Of a DNA stretch of 64,000 nucleotides, positions 1 through 9,571 are shown in pieces. The notes beneath the pieces are model-generated. The model worked only from the letters and a program-made list of their open reading frames with translations. It searched no databases and was not told the DNA's origin. How positions within the stretch are numbered: position 1 is the first letter of the stretch; each line of letters begins with the position of its first letter. Both the position numbers and the translations under genes were made by a program. The DNA comes from Deltaproteobacteria bacterium HGW-Deltaproteobacteria-4 (GTDB lineage: Bacteria > Desulfobacterota > Desulfuromonadia > Desulfuromonadales > UBA2197): assembly GCA_002841765.1 (NCBI GenBank), contig PHAV01000006.1:1446-65445 (forward strand). The letters are read 5' to 3'.

Positions 1-1
1 C

Positions 2-163
2 CACCATGAAGTCTTGGATGACCTGATTGCCGAGCGACAAGTGCAACAGGAGGAAGGCGTTTCCTTGCATGTGATCCAAGCGACTGACAGACTACTGCTC
101 GCCGTCCAGTGGGTTATGCAACTGTGCGAGAAGGCCAAGGCAGAACAGTGCGAGGCGGTATAA
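2..163 (+). CDS. C-terminal end of an upstream gene, probably a site-specific integrase (partial, runs off left edge)
   Basis: Frame from nt 2 is open (HHEVLDDLIAERQVQQEEGVSLHVIQATDRLLLAVQWVMQLCEKAK...) to TAA 161-163, directly abutting the next ATG. Resembles the recalled C-terminus of integrases in tandem-integrase clusters. Confidence 0.6.
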   Translation, partial: HHEVLDDLIAERQVQQEEGVSLHVIQATDRLLLAVQWVMQLCEKAKAEQCEAV

Positions 164-2242
164 ATGGCTGAAATAATTACGTTTAGGCCTAAGTTCAAGA
201 CACCGGCAGACAATTTGGCCGAGTTGATTGCCCACTGCCGGGACAACATTGCACTCTATGAGGATCAAGGTGGCTTCGGGGTGGACGAATGGAAGACAAC
301 GCATAAGCGTCAACAGTCCATTCGGTTCAGCATTTATGACGGTGGTTTGACAGGCAAGCAGTTTACGCCCCTCCCAGACCCATATGCACTGATTGCGAAA
401 AGCTATGTTCGCTACAAGCAACACCTTAATGAAAGCAGCGCAATCTCAGTGGTGATCGTTGGCTTACAGGCTGTTTGTGAGGCATTGATCGCAGTGCACA
501 GAGACGCCGATATATTGAAAATCGATGGGCTTGTCCAAAGGAAGGTGGTGGAGATACTAGACACGCGCTATCCGGGATCAGACAGACTCGCCAAATACGG
601 CGGCGGGCTTGTGACATTTTACGAGTTCCTCCGTGAAAAAGGAGTTGCCCCTGCACTGCCCATGTGGAAGAGGCCTGGGCACTGGAAGAGGGGCAAGTCA
701 AAGGCAGAGAGAACAGACCCCGAGTCCCGAAAATGGCAGGAAAAACGGTGTCCAAGCATGCAAGAGATGCTGTGCTTGGCCGACTGCTTCTATCTGGCTG
801 AAAAACCTCAAGACCTCTACTGGTCGAGTGTTTGCACCCTTCTGATGTTCGCGCCAGCACGGGGTAGCGAGCCTTTTGTTTTGACGCTTAACTGCATCGG
901 GCAAGAAACGGATGGAAGTTACTATGTGAGCTGGCACAGCAGGAAGGGCTTTGGCGCGACCAAGAAATGGGTCCCCACCCCCATGGTTGAGCCTGTCAAA
1001 GAGGCCGTCAGAAGGCTTACTGAGATCAGCAAGCCAGCCAGAGACGCAGTCCAGTTTGCGTACCAGAATCCAGGAAAATTCATGCGGCACCCCGACTGTA
1101 CTACACCTGCGGGCTTCCCCGAGGACAAGCCCTTGAACTTCGACCAGTTCTGCGCTGCCATGAACATGCCCAAGACTGCGAAGGGTAAAATTAACAGGGG
1201 CCTTAAGGAGACGACAGCCTGGAATCAACTGGCCATCGCTACCAAGTGGGTGAAGAAGATTTTAGATGGCGGCCCAATCACCTATCGGCGGCTGGCCGCC
1301 CTCACTCTCGAAAAGTACAAGGGCAATGACGGTCGCCTCAAAAAGGATTGGCCTAATTTGCCAGACACGGATCGTCCCATATGGGAGTCGCTGTTGCTGA
1401 TTAGGGACAACGAGTTCCACGCTGATATTGCTACCAAACTGTTCAGTTGGGACTTGCCTGATGTAAACAGGCTGAACGACCAACTTGGGAAGCGGGTAGC
1501 ACCGACATTGTTTGAACGATTTGGCCTTAAGGATGAAAATGGGGGGGAGATCTATATGTCCTCCCACCAGCCCCGTGTTTGGCTGTCGACACAGGCCGAA
1601 CGAGGAGGTATGGATGACTGGCGGTTGGCACGCTGGGCGGGGCGTGTAAACCTTAAGGACAACCGGCACTACAACATGATGACCAGGGCTGAGTACATCG
1701 AAAAATCAAGAGCGGTGCTGGGCTTGGAAACTGCGCCGACAGCCCTAGAGGCAGCCAAGATGAAATTACCCGTGACATATGAATCTCTTGGCATAGATCG
1801 CATTGGGGTCGCCGTTCCCACCTTATGGGGGATGTGCGTCTTTAACTTTGCCGAGTCGCCTTGCCGGAAGGCTGGCGATTGCATGCTTTGCAAGGATCAC
1901 GTCTGCATCAAGGGGTTGCCAAACACGTTGGAGCGTCTGAAGCTCCTTGAGAACCATGTTGCCACATCGCTTACTAAGGCCAAAGATGCCGCCGGGTCAG
2001 GCATTTTCGGAGCTGATCGCTGGGTGACGCATTTGGGATGGAAACTGGCCCACATAAGCACGCAGATAAAGCGACTGGAAGATCCGAACGTCCCCGATGG
2101 AGCCGTTCTATTGATACCGCCAGCACATGATCCAAGCCCTGTAAAGAGGGCCTTGGAGGCGCGGGGACATAACACCGACATGGACACTGACTCACCCGAC
2201 AAAGTGGAACTCAGTGAACTCAGAAAGCTGATGGGGTTCTGA
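164..2242 (+). CDS. Large tyrosine recombinase/integrase (692 aa) with C-terminal Cys cluster
   Basis: Catalytic set R (APARGSE), K (SRKG), HxxR (SHQPR), W (RWAGR), Y (NRHY). C-terminal CVFNFAESPCRKAGDCMLC. Confidence 0.85.
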   Translation: MAEIITFRPKFKTPADNLAELIAHCRDNIALYEDQGGFGVDEWKTTHKRQQSIRFSIYDGGLTGKQFTPLPDPYALIAKSYVRYKQHLNESSAISVVIVGLQAVCEALIAVHRDADILKIDGLVQRKVVEILDTRYPGSDRLAKYGGGLVTFYEFLREKGVAPALPMWKRPGHWKRGKSKAERTDPESRKWQEKRCPSMQEMLCLADCFYLAEKPQDLYWSSVCTLLMFAPARGSEPFVLTLNCIGQETDGSYYVSWHSRKGFGATKKWVPTPMVEPVKEAVRRLTEISKPARDAVQFAYQNPGKFMRHPDCTTPAGFPEDKPLNFDQFCAAMNMPKTAKGKINRGLKETTAWNQLAIATKWVKKILDGGPITYRRLAALTLEKYKGNDGRLKKDWPNLPDTDRPIWESLLLIRDNEFHADIATKLFSWDLPDVNRLNDQLGKRVAPTLFERFGLKDENGGEIYMSSHQPRVWLSTQAERGGMDDWRLARWAGRVNLKDNRHYNMMTRAEYIEKSRAVLGLETAPTALEAAKMKLPVTYESLGIDRIGVAVPTLWGMCVFNFAESPCRKAGDCMLCKDHVCIKGLPNTLERLKLLENHVATSLTKAKDAAGSGIFGADRWVTHLGWKLAHISTQIKRLEDPNVPDGAVLLIPPAHDPSPVKRALEARGHNTDMDTDSPDKVELSELRKLMGF

Positions 2243-2260
2243 TCTAAATGGGAGGCTAAC

Positions 2261-2680
2261 ATGCCGAAAGTTGTAATCACACTAGACAAAATACCCAAGG
2301 TCTTGAGTATCCTCGATAAATGGCGGGGGAAGCTGACCTGGGATCTTTACTGCCAAGAGGTAGCTAAAGTTTTAGGGTTGGAGAGCGTTGATCGCGGTAC
2401 GCTGAATGCCTATGGAGATATAAAAGCAGCTTTCCAAAAGAAAAAGGAAAACTCTCGAAAAAGTTCCGAACACAATCACGCCAAAGACTCTACTATTGAT
2501 GTACTTCTTAAAGAGATTGCCGAGAAAGAATCGAAAATAATCAGGATTGAAGACAAGTTAAACAAGTACAAAGAGCAGTTTGTACGATGGCAAAACAATT
2601 TCTATATGATGCCAGGAGTTGATTTGGATAAGCTTAACAAGGAAATCGATGCACCATTGCCAACGATTAAAAGGAAATAA
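2261..2680 (+). CDS. Small integrase-cluster accessory protein (HTH-like N-terminus plus coiled coil)
   Basis: 139-aa ORF with GGAGG RBS. LDKWRGKLTW motif recalled from proteins downstream of tandem integrases. C-terminus looks coiled-coil. Confidence 0.65.
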   Translation: MPKVVITLDKIPKVLSILDKWRGKLTWDLYCQEVAKVLGLESVDRGTLNAYGDIKAAFQKKKENSRKSSEHNHAKDSTIDVLLKEIAEKESKIIRIEDKLNKYKEQFVRWQNNFYMMPGVDLDKLNKEIDAPLPTIKRK

Positions 2681-2682
2681 CC

Positions 2683-3126
2683 ATGCCCAATAAACGAAGC
2701 AATGGTGCAGATGACGGCAAGGAGAACCTTAAAAAGGTCGAAGTGTGGATTTCTGAAAGAAATCAACATAGAGACTGGGACGATTATCAGGAAAAAGGCA
2801 AGATTCATCGTGGAAGAGTGGCCGAAGAACTTGGCTTTGGTCGCTCTGTTTGCAATCAAAACCCTGGCGTTAAAGAGCTTCTGCTGAAGTACGACAAGAT
2901 TTGGTTTAACGCCGAACCTGTCACGAAAGACGCCCAGATAGCTGCGCAAGAAGCCAGCATAGAGCGCACCCGTAGCAAGTTGCAGACCGCAACGACTGAC
3001 AACAATAAGCATTTTGTAAAGATCGCCGAACTTGAAGCAGAAGTCCGCAGGCTCGAAAAGAAGCTTGATAAGTATGTGGCGCTGCACGGTCTGATAATGA
3101 CCGGAGGCCCCGGATGTCAAATATGA
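2683..3126 (+). CDS. VPA1267-like small protein (HTH plus coiled coil)
   Basis: GKIHRGRVAEELGFGRSVCNQNPGVKELL resembles the recalled VPA1267-family pattern. Coupled to flanking genes. Confidence 0.6.
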   Translation: MPNKRSNGADDGKENLKKVEVWISERNQHRDWDDYQEKGKIHRGRVAEELGFGRSVCNQNPGVKELLLKYDKIWFNAEPVTKDAQIAAQEASIERTRSKLQTATTDNNKHFVKIAELEAEVRRLEKKLDKYVALHGLIMTGGPGCQI

Positions 3127-5375
3127 GTAGCATCAGTCATCTAAACCAAATAGTCCAGGTTGTGAAGCCCCGGCGCGATGGATATGCCACGGTGAAGATG
3201 GTTGATAGCAACGGGTCTATCATCAGTCGCGACAAGACACTGGTTGTAAAATTTCCTAGTCATTCCCTAGAGGCCGTTCGCCTGGGGTCTTTGTGGCAAG
3301 TCTCCGGTACTGAAAAGGTGTCTCAGTACAAAATAAACGGCTACGACGTGTCCGAGTACACCATTACAGCGGCTGAGGTGAAGTACCTGAAGCCCGCCGG
3401 CAGGGTCTTATCTCGCTGGATAAGCACCAACGTGAAGGGCGTTGGTAAGACTATCGCTGATAGGCTTGTGAGAAAGCAGGGGATGTTGGAGGCTATACGC
3501 AAAAGAGACAGGGAGGTCTTGCGGTCAATAAAAGGCATGTCCGACGACCGCATTGATAGCCTCTTTAAGATCTGGCCGGACGACCACCTGTACGAAGTGA
3601 TTGAGTGGCTGGAAGAGCGGCACTTGCCCCTAGGGCTTGGGAACAAACTTATTGACGTTTTTGGCAGCGAAGCACTTGAGAAGGTCAAAAAGAACCCGTT
3701 CCTGCTGATGGCAATGGGCGCCCCTTTTGAAAAAGCAATGGAAGTTTCGAAGGCCTTAGGGCTAGACCTTGCTGACGAGGCTGTACTGGCCGGAGTTGCC
3801 CAGCATTTTACATCCATCCACTCCTTCGACACGGGCAGCACAATCATTGATGCTGAAACACTAATCGAGGGTTGCAAGCTAATAACAGGGCGCGAGGTTC
3901 CTGAGAACATAGGTGACATCGCTGTTTCTGCGGGCCTGCTCGCCAAGGTCGGCCTTGGTTATCAAGTCTATGGTACGGCGGTCCAAGAGGTCTCGGTTGC
4001 TTCTTTTCTGGTTGACTGCCTAACCCGCCCACCGGGACAGGGTGCTCTATTGGCCGTGTGGGAGAGGGATCTGACAGAGGCGGAGGTCAACAACGCCCTG
4101 TCAAAATATGAGAAGACCCTTGACTTCGCGTTAACAGACGAACAGAGACGAGCCATCAAGGGAGCTGTGATGTCGCCCCTGTGCGGCATATCTGGAGGGG
4201 CTGGTACTGGCAAGACAACCATTCTGAGAGGCGTTATTTCGGTCTATGAGGCACTGTCTCCCGCCATACATGTCCGGCAGGTGGCTTTGTCAGGTCGTGC
4301 GGCACAGAGGATGTCTGAGAGCACCAGAAAGCCTGCCCACTCTATCGCAAAGCTTATCTACGACCATATTGGCCAAGGCAAAAAGGAACTGCCCCCTCAT
4401 CTCCTGTTGGTTATCGATGAAGCAAGCATGGTTGACCTGCTGTCGATGTACCAATTGGTTGGCATTCTTCCACCCGCTACAAGGATTCTGTTTGTTGGGG
4501 ATACGGAACAGTTGCCGCCCGTTCGTGCTGGACTGATATTCCACGAACTCAAAGAATCGGGAATACCCTTTTTCAATCTATCTGAAGTAAAGCGACAGGG
4601 CGCAGAAAGTGGAATCCACCATTTCGCAATGTCTATAAGAAATGACTCTCCGGAACAGCCTGAGCAGATTGCGGAAACTGTAGATGAAAGCGCCGATTGC
4701 GTTATTGAAGAGGTCGCTACAGTCGAACGCCTTATAGAGCTGTGGGAGGAAATTCGCGATGAGGACTCCATTGTATTGTCGCCCGTCCGCAAGGGTGAGC
4801 TTGGGGTACTCAATATCAACAAGAAGCTACAGGCGCATGTTGGAGGAGATCGGCTGCCACTGTCTTACCTCGATGAGGTGCGCGGCTGGATACCCTGGTG
4901 CGGTGATGACGGAGAGTTTCTTCTTGAAGGCGACCGTGTCCTGATCACCAAGAACAACTATGACGAAGACGCTGACTTGAGGAATGGCGACCTCGGTGTC
5001 ATCGAAGAAGTATACGACGAGCCTGACGATGATAATGTCGTTGGCAAGTTGCTGGTCAACGGCCAGAGCATCGGGATTACGCGTAAACTGCTTGAGAAGA
5101 TAACACTCGGCTATGCTGTGACCATCCACAAGGCCCAAGGTTCGCAGTGGAATACTTGCATTGTGACAATACCAAAAGAAGGTTTGCCTATAACAGATAA
5201 GACACTTATCTATACTGCGGTCACAAGACCTACTAATAGGCTAATTATAATTGGTAATTTTAATTACATAAAGAGAGCAGTAGATAAAGGATCGGAAGCT
5301 CTTAAACGTAAAACATATATAAAAAAACGACTGGAACAATGTATTGCTCTTAAAAATAAAAATGAGACTGCTTAA
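3114..5375 (+). CDS. RecD2-like SF1B helicase
   Basis: Walker A GGAGTGKT, DEASMVD, GDTEQLPPV, YAVTIHKAQGSQW, YTAVTR. HhH-like N-terminal region. Confidence 0.9.
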   Translation: MSNMSSISHLNQIVQVVKPRRDGYATVKMVDSNGSIISRDKTLVVKFPSHSLEAVRLGSLWQVSGTEKVSQYKINGYDVSEYTITAAEVKYLKPAGRVLSRWISTNVKGVGKTIADRLVRKQGMLEAIRKRDREVLRSIKGMSDDRIDSLFKIWPDDHLYEVIEWLEERHLPLGLGNKLIDVFGSEALEKVKKNPFLLMAMGAPFEKAMEVSKALGLDLADEAVLAGVAQHFTSIHSFDTGSTIIDAETLIEGCKLITGREVPENIGDIAVSAGLLAKVGLGYQVYGTAVQEVSVASFLVDCLTRPPGQGALLAVWERDLTEAEVNNALSKYEKTLDFALTDEQRRAIKGAVMSPLCGISGGAGTGKTTILRGVISVYEALSPAIHVRQVALSGRAAQRMSESTRKPAHSIAKLIYDHIGQGKKELPPHLLLVIDEASMVDLLSMYQLVGILPPATRILFVGDTEQLPPVRAGLIFHELKESGIPFFNLSEVKRQGAESGIHHFAMSIRNDSPEQPEQIAETVDESADCVIEEVATVERLIELWEEIRDEDSIVLSPVRKGELGVLNINKKLQAHVGGDRLPLSYLDEVRGWIPWCGDDGEFLLEGDRVLITKNNYDEDADLRNGDLGVIEEVYDEPDDDNVVGKLLVNGQSIGITRKLLEKITLGYAVTIHKAQGSQWNTCIVTIPKEGLPITDKTLIYTAVTRPTNRLIIIGNFNYIKRAVDKGSEALKRKTYIKKRLEQCIALKNKNETA

Positions 5376-5525
5376 AATTATACTATATTATTGTTATTAT
5401 ATAGATTTTTGTTATAGGGTTAGTTGCGCTTCAGCGTAATACCTACTTAAAAGAAAGGCTTGAGCAAATTATTCGTTCTGCAACCTCAAATAAAGCGGCC
5501 TAACAGAACTGATTATATTTATTTT

Positions 5526-7139
5526 TCACTGGATCGGTGGCAGTCCCAACTCTTTCAGAAAAGTATTGTGAGCCTCAGCCGCTTTTGTGGCACGTTTTTC
5601 AATCTCCTTTAATTCAGCGCTCACAGCCTGTAAATCAATCTCTTCCTCTGCCGTGGCGGTGCTGATATAACGCGAGATATTCAGGTTGTAGTCGTTCTTC
5701 TCGATTTCCTCCATCGAGACGCGACGGGCGTAGCGGGCTTCTTCGTTGCGATACTGATAGGTATCGACAATCTTGTCAATGTGCTCCGGCAGCAGGCGAT
5801 TTTGCAGCTTACCTCTTTCGAAGTTCTCGCTGGCATTGATGAATAGAACGTCGTCCGGCTTTTTGCAGCGTTTCAGCACCAAAATACAGACTGGGATGCC
5901 GGTGGAGAAAAACAGGTTGGCGGGCAGGCCGATCACGGTGTCGATATGCCCGTCTTTTAGCAACTTGGTGCGGATGCGTTCCTCCACGCCGCCACGGAAC
6001 AGTACGCCGTGGGGCAGAATGATCGCCATCACGCCGTTGTCGCTCAGGAAGTGAAAACCGTGCAAGAGAAAGGCGAAGTCTGCTGCGGATTTCGGCGCAA
6101 GTCCGTAGTTCTTGAAACGAAAATCCTCGCCCAGTGCTTCGTTCGGCTCCCAGCGATAGCTGAAGGGCGGATTGGCGACCACGGCGTCGAATTGCATCTT
6201 CTTGGCCGGGTTCATCTCGTTGAGGATATCCCAGTCGTTGAGCAGCGAATCGCCGTGGTTGATCGCGAATTCGGTATCCTTCACGCCGTGCAGTAGCATG
6301 TTCATGCGCGCCAGGTTGTAAGTGGTAATGTTCTTTTCCTGCCCGTAGATTTTTCCAATTGTGCCGCCCTCTTCATGAAGCTGCTTGCGCACATTCAACA
6401 GCAGCGAGCCGGAACCGCAAGCGAAGTCCAGAACCTGCCTCAGTTTTTTCTTTTTGCCAGTGGCCGGTTCCTGACTATCAAGCGTGACAATTTCGGAGAG
6501 AATGGTGGATATCTGTTGCGGGGTGTAGAACTCACCCGCCTTCTTGCCGGAACCGGCGGCGAATTCGCCGATCAGGTACTCATAGGCATCGCCCAGGATA
6601 TCGGTGTCGGTACTGAATTTCGAAATGCCCTCGGCAATCTTCTGAATGATGGTGCAGAGTTTGGCATTGCGATCTGCCGGTTTCTTGCCCAGCTTTTCGG
6701 AGTGTAGGTTGATTTCGGAAAACAGCCCCTGAAACGTACTCTCGAATGATTTCTCTTCGATGTACTTGAAGCCCTTCCACAGGGTATCCAGCAGGTCGTC
6801 ATGGTGCGTGCGCGCCATTTCGGCAACGCTGCTCCAAAGGTGCTGCGGCTCGATCACATAATGCACCTTGAGTCGCATCTGCTTTTCAAAATCTTCGATA
6901 TCTTCGGCGTTCTCTTCGTACCAGATTGCAAGCGGTGAGCGCCGGTCTCCCACCTTGGGTGTGGGATAGTCTTTGCCTAACTCCTTCTTCGCCGCCATCT
7001 CGTAGTTGTCCGAGAGGTAACGCAAAAACAGGAACGACAACATATAGTCGCGAAAGTCATCGGCATTCATCGCGCCGCGCAACTGGTTGGCGATATCCCA
7101 GAGAGTTTTGCCGAGTTGGCTCATTTCTTCTTTAGTCAT
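5526..7139 (-). CDS. hsdM: Type I R-M methyltransferase subunit M
   Basis: GEFYTP, DFACGSGSLL (motif I), NPPF (motif IV), LPHGVLFRG. Start placed at ATG 7139. Confidence 0.95.
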   Translation of the reverse strand: MTKEEMSQLGKTLWDIANQLRGAMNADDFRDYMLSFLFLRYLSDNYEMAAKKELGKDYPTPKVGDRRSPLAIWYEENAEDIEDFEKQMRLKVHYVIEPQHLWSSVAEMARTHHDDLLDTLWKGFKYIEEKSFESTFQGLFSEINLHSEKLGKKPADRNAKLCTIIQKIAEGISKFSTDTDILGDAYEYLIGEFAAGSGKKAGEFYTPQQISTILSEIVTLDSQEPATGKKKKLRQVLDFACGSGSLLLNVRKQLHEEGGTIGKIYGQEKNITTYNLARMNMLLHGVKDTEFAINHGDSLLNDWDILNEMNPAKKMQFDAVVANPPFSYRWEPNEALGEDFRFKNYGLAPKSAADFAFLLHGFHFLSDNGVMAIILPHGVLFRGGVEERIRTKLLKDGHIDTVIGLPANLFFSTGIPVCILVLKRCKKPDDVLFINASENFERGKLQNRLLPEHIDKIVDTYQYRNEEARYARRVSMEEIEKNDYNLNISRYISTATAEEEIDLQAVSAELKEIEKRATKAAEAHNTFLKELGLPPIQ

Positions 7140-7163
7140 TTTTATAGACCCCAATTTATACCC

Positions 7164-8303
7164 TTATGGATGTAGCCCTGGTAAATCGAAAGAATAACGT
7201 TCCAGAAACCCATTTAAGATATTCCGAAATAGCTGCTTGTTGTCTTCCGTTAGCTCATTTGGCTCAAAAAGCGAATAACCACCATGACTCAAAAGATTTA
7301 AAGCACGGCTAAAGAGAACATCATCATCTACGCCATGAATACATCCAGAAAAATCACTAAACCCGAAAAACGAAGAAGTTTTCTCTAAGACACATCGCAG
7401 CACATTGAAGTGATTGGCATAGAGTCGGCCAGATTCACATGCTTTCTGTAATTCGCTGAGCATCGCCACATGGTGGAAAAAAGGAGTATCAGTTGTTGAC
7501 TGAAGGCTATAGCCGCCATCACCGTTTTCATGAATAAAGTACAACTTATGAGGTTCCTTTTTTAGCTCATTACACATCACATTAAAGAACAGACTGTGGT
7601 GTGACGATATGATTGTCCTAATATTTCTTCCAGAGCTACGCCGAAGCAGTTTGGCCAAATCAGAGGAAACTGCTATGGCGTTGTTATCATCCAGTGAAGA
7701 AATCGGGTCGTCTATGTAGAAATACCTGACCCAGTCATAGATATTTGTGTCGTCGTCCAACGCCACTTCACAAATAGCGAGATAAATACACCAAATGAAT
7801 ATATTCTCCTCGCCACGCGAAATCTTAATATTATTCTCAATTACCGTTTCCGGTTCGTCCGATTCTGGTCTAAATCTTGGATTTTTCACCTCCTTACTGA
7901 AAACAATATGCCAATTATCATAATCGATCATAAAATTAAACTTTGCATAACGCCCAAGATAGGTAAAAATCCTTTCCTCAAGCGCAAGTGTTTTGAATCC
8001 ATCAAAAAATCGAGAGGCATAATTAATTTTTAAGAATCTTTCTGCATCATTTTCCAAGTCATTGTTCCAACTGAACAAATCTTCTGTGTAGGCGTTGAAG
8101 TACAAGGTATCTCGATCAATACCTTTCTTCCGCTTGCCTACATCTTTGAATTCCATTGATAGGCGAGTTTTGCCCGTACCGTTAAATGCGTAAAGCAAAA
8201 CAAAATGAACGCCACCATTATCATGTTCACGCAGGTCATCTCTTAGTCGAGTGACTACCTTACGCAGGTTTTTATATTTATAGATTCTTGGTTTGCTGCT
8301 CAT
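7164..8303 (-). CDS. prrC: PrrC-like ABC-ATPase/HEPN tRNA anticodon nuclease
   Basis: YAFNGTGKT (Walker A), LYFNAYTEDLFSW (PrrC box), ISRGEE signature, YIDDPISSLD, SSHH, HEPN RALNLLSH. Lies inside the hsd operon. Confidence 0.85.
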   Translation of the reverse strand: MSSKPRIYKYKNLRKVVTRLRDDLREHDNGGVHFVLLYAFNGTGKTRLSMEFKDVGKRKKGIDRDTLYFNAYTEDLFSWNNDLENDAERFLKINYASRFFDGFKTLALEERIFTYLGRYAKFNFMIDYDNWHIVFSKEVKNPRFRPESDEPETVIENNIKISRGEENIFIWCIYLAICEVALDDDTNIYDWVRYFYIDDPISSLDDNNAIAVSSDLAKLLRRSSGRNIRTIISSHHSLFFNVMCNELKKEPHKLYFIHENGDGGYSLQSTTDTPFFHHVAMLSELQKACESGRLYANHFNVLRCVLEKTSSFFGFSDFSGCIHGVDDDVLFSRALNLLSHGGYSLFEPNELTEDNKQLFRNILNGFLERYSFDLPGLHP

Positions 8304-9571
8304 ACGTTTACTTCATCCATAACCGGGAAGAGCTGCTGCAACAGGCCTTTTTTATGCAACTTGAGGGTAGCAATTTTTTGGGTTTGGTTGGTAATCAGCT
8401 CGTCGATGGAGGTAAGGCAAGCGGCAATTTTTTGTTGCTCTTCTTTTTTCGGAATAGGTATTTTTCCGTTCAATACATCTGAATTATTTACCTTCATATC
8501 GTTCTTTGCACCTTTATTGACAATCGGCTGCAAATAACTATTCACATGAAAATCTCTTGAGAAATACTGGCCTAAATATTCTGGATGCGCTATATCCGTG
8601 ACGCGATAAACAGCGTATAGGGTCGAAACAATACCTGTTTTTCCTCTGTTTTCCTTGATGATTCCGAATGGATTATTTTTTAATGGGCTTTTTGTATATA
8701 CGATGTCTCCTGTCTCAACGACATGATAGTCCTTGACACTGACCCCGGCATACGAACGACCCTTAAATTCTATTTGGTTTACACACCCGTATTCACCGGA
8801 CACGGAAAGCACATTTTGTGGTCCATATTTTAAATCTCTGTTTCTATGCTTCGTCTCAAAAAGTAATTCACTCAATAATTTTTTTCCCCAATCTCCGGCC
8901 TCCTGAAACTCAGGAAAACGAAGTTTTGGCACAGTTTTGCCTTCGGCTGGGAAAAGTTGCTGAATCAGGCCTTTTTTATAGGCCTTGAGTGATTCGACAT
9001 TATTGACCTGGTTGACAATCAACTCGTCGATGGAGGTGAAGCAATCTGTTATTTTTTGTTGTTCTTCTGGTTCGGTCACAGGTACGGGCATAGACATGAA
9101 AACATCATTGGATATGCTCATGCGGTCATGTCTTGCACCGCTATTTGAAACTACTTGCAAGTAATGATGCCACCTGGTTGACTTGAAGTATTGTTCGTAA
9201 AAATCGTTAATTTTGTTGTTGAATCTAAAGACGGTATAAAGAGGCGACATTACCCCTTTTGCAATTTTATTCTTCGAGATTGGGCCAACAGACGCAATGA
9301 TTGATACTCGCGGGTTGTAAACGTAGTCTCCTTCTTCAACAATATAGTAGCCTCCAAGGTTGCTTTGGTTGGCTATATCCTTATCGAAGTAATCTCGCTG
9401 ATCAACAACGCCGTATTGTGCTGAGTTAGTCAGGACACGAGTCTCACCGCTATCTAAATTTCTCTGAGTGGTACGTTTTGCCAGATGTTTTAGCTTGCTT
9501 ATCTGCCAGTCCCCTTTATCACGAAACTCAGAAAAACGTCGCTCCGGCACCAAGCCCTTTTTCTTACTCAT
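8300..9571 (-). CDS. hsdS: Type I R-M specificity subunit S
   Basis: Two TRDs, each followed by a repeated EEQQKI..C.TSIDELI....KKGL.QQLFP helix. Confidence 0.95.
   Translation of the reverse strand: MSKKKGLVPERRFSEFRDKGDWQISKLKHLAKRTTQRNLDSGETRVLTNSAQYGVVDQRDYFDKDIANQSNLGGYYIVEEGDYVYNPRVSIIASVGPISKNKIAKGVMSPLYTVFRFNNKINDFYEQYFKSTRWHHYLQVVSNSGARHDRMSISNDVFMSMPVPVTEPEEQQKITDCFTSIDELIVNQVNNVESLKAYKKGLIQQLFPAEGKTVPKLRFPEFQEAGDWGKKLLSELLFETKHRNRDLKYGPQNVLSVSGEYGCVNQIEFKGRSYAGVSVKDYHVVETGDIVYTKSPLKNNPFGIIKENRGKTGIVSTLYAVYRVTDIAHPEYLGQYFSRDFHVNSYLQPIVNKGAKNDMKVNNSDVLNGKIPIPKKEEQQKIAACLTSIDELITNQTQKIATLKLHKKGLLQQLFPVMDEVNV

Noticed and set aside
2261-2680. GmtX, which would make this a canonical GMT system
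   Set aside because: The sequence does not match the GmtX pattern as I recall it. Needs an HMM check.
7164-8303. RloC rather than PrrC
   Set aside because: Too short, with no coiled-coil/zinc-hook insert, and the PrrC box is present.
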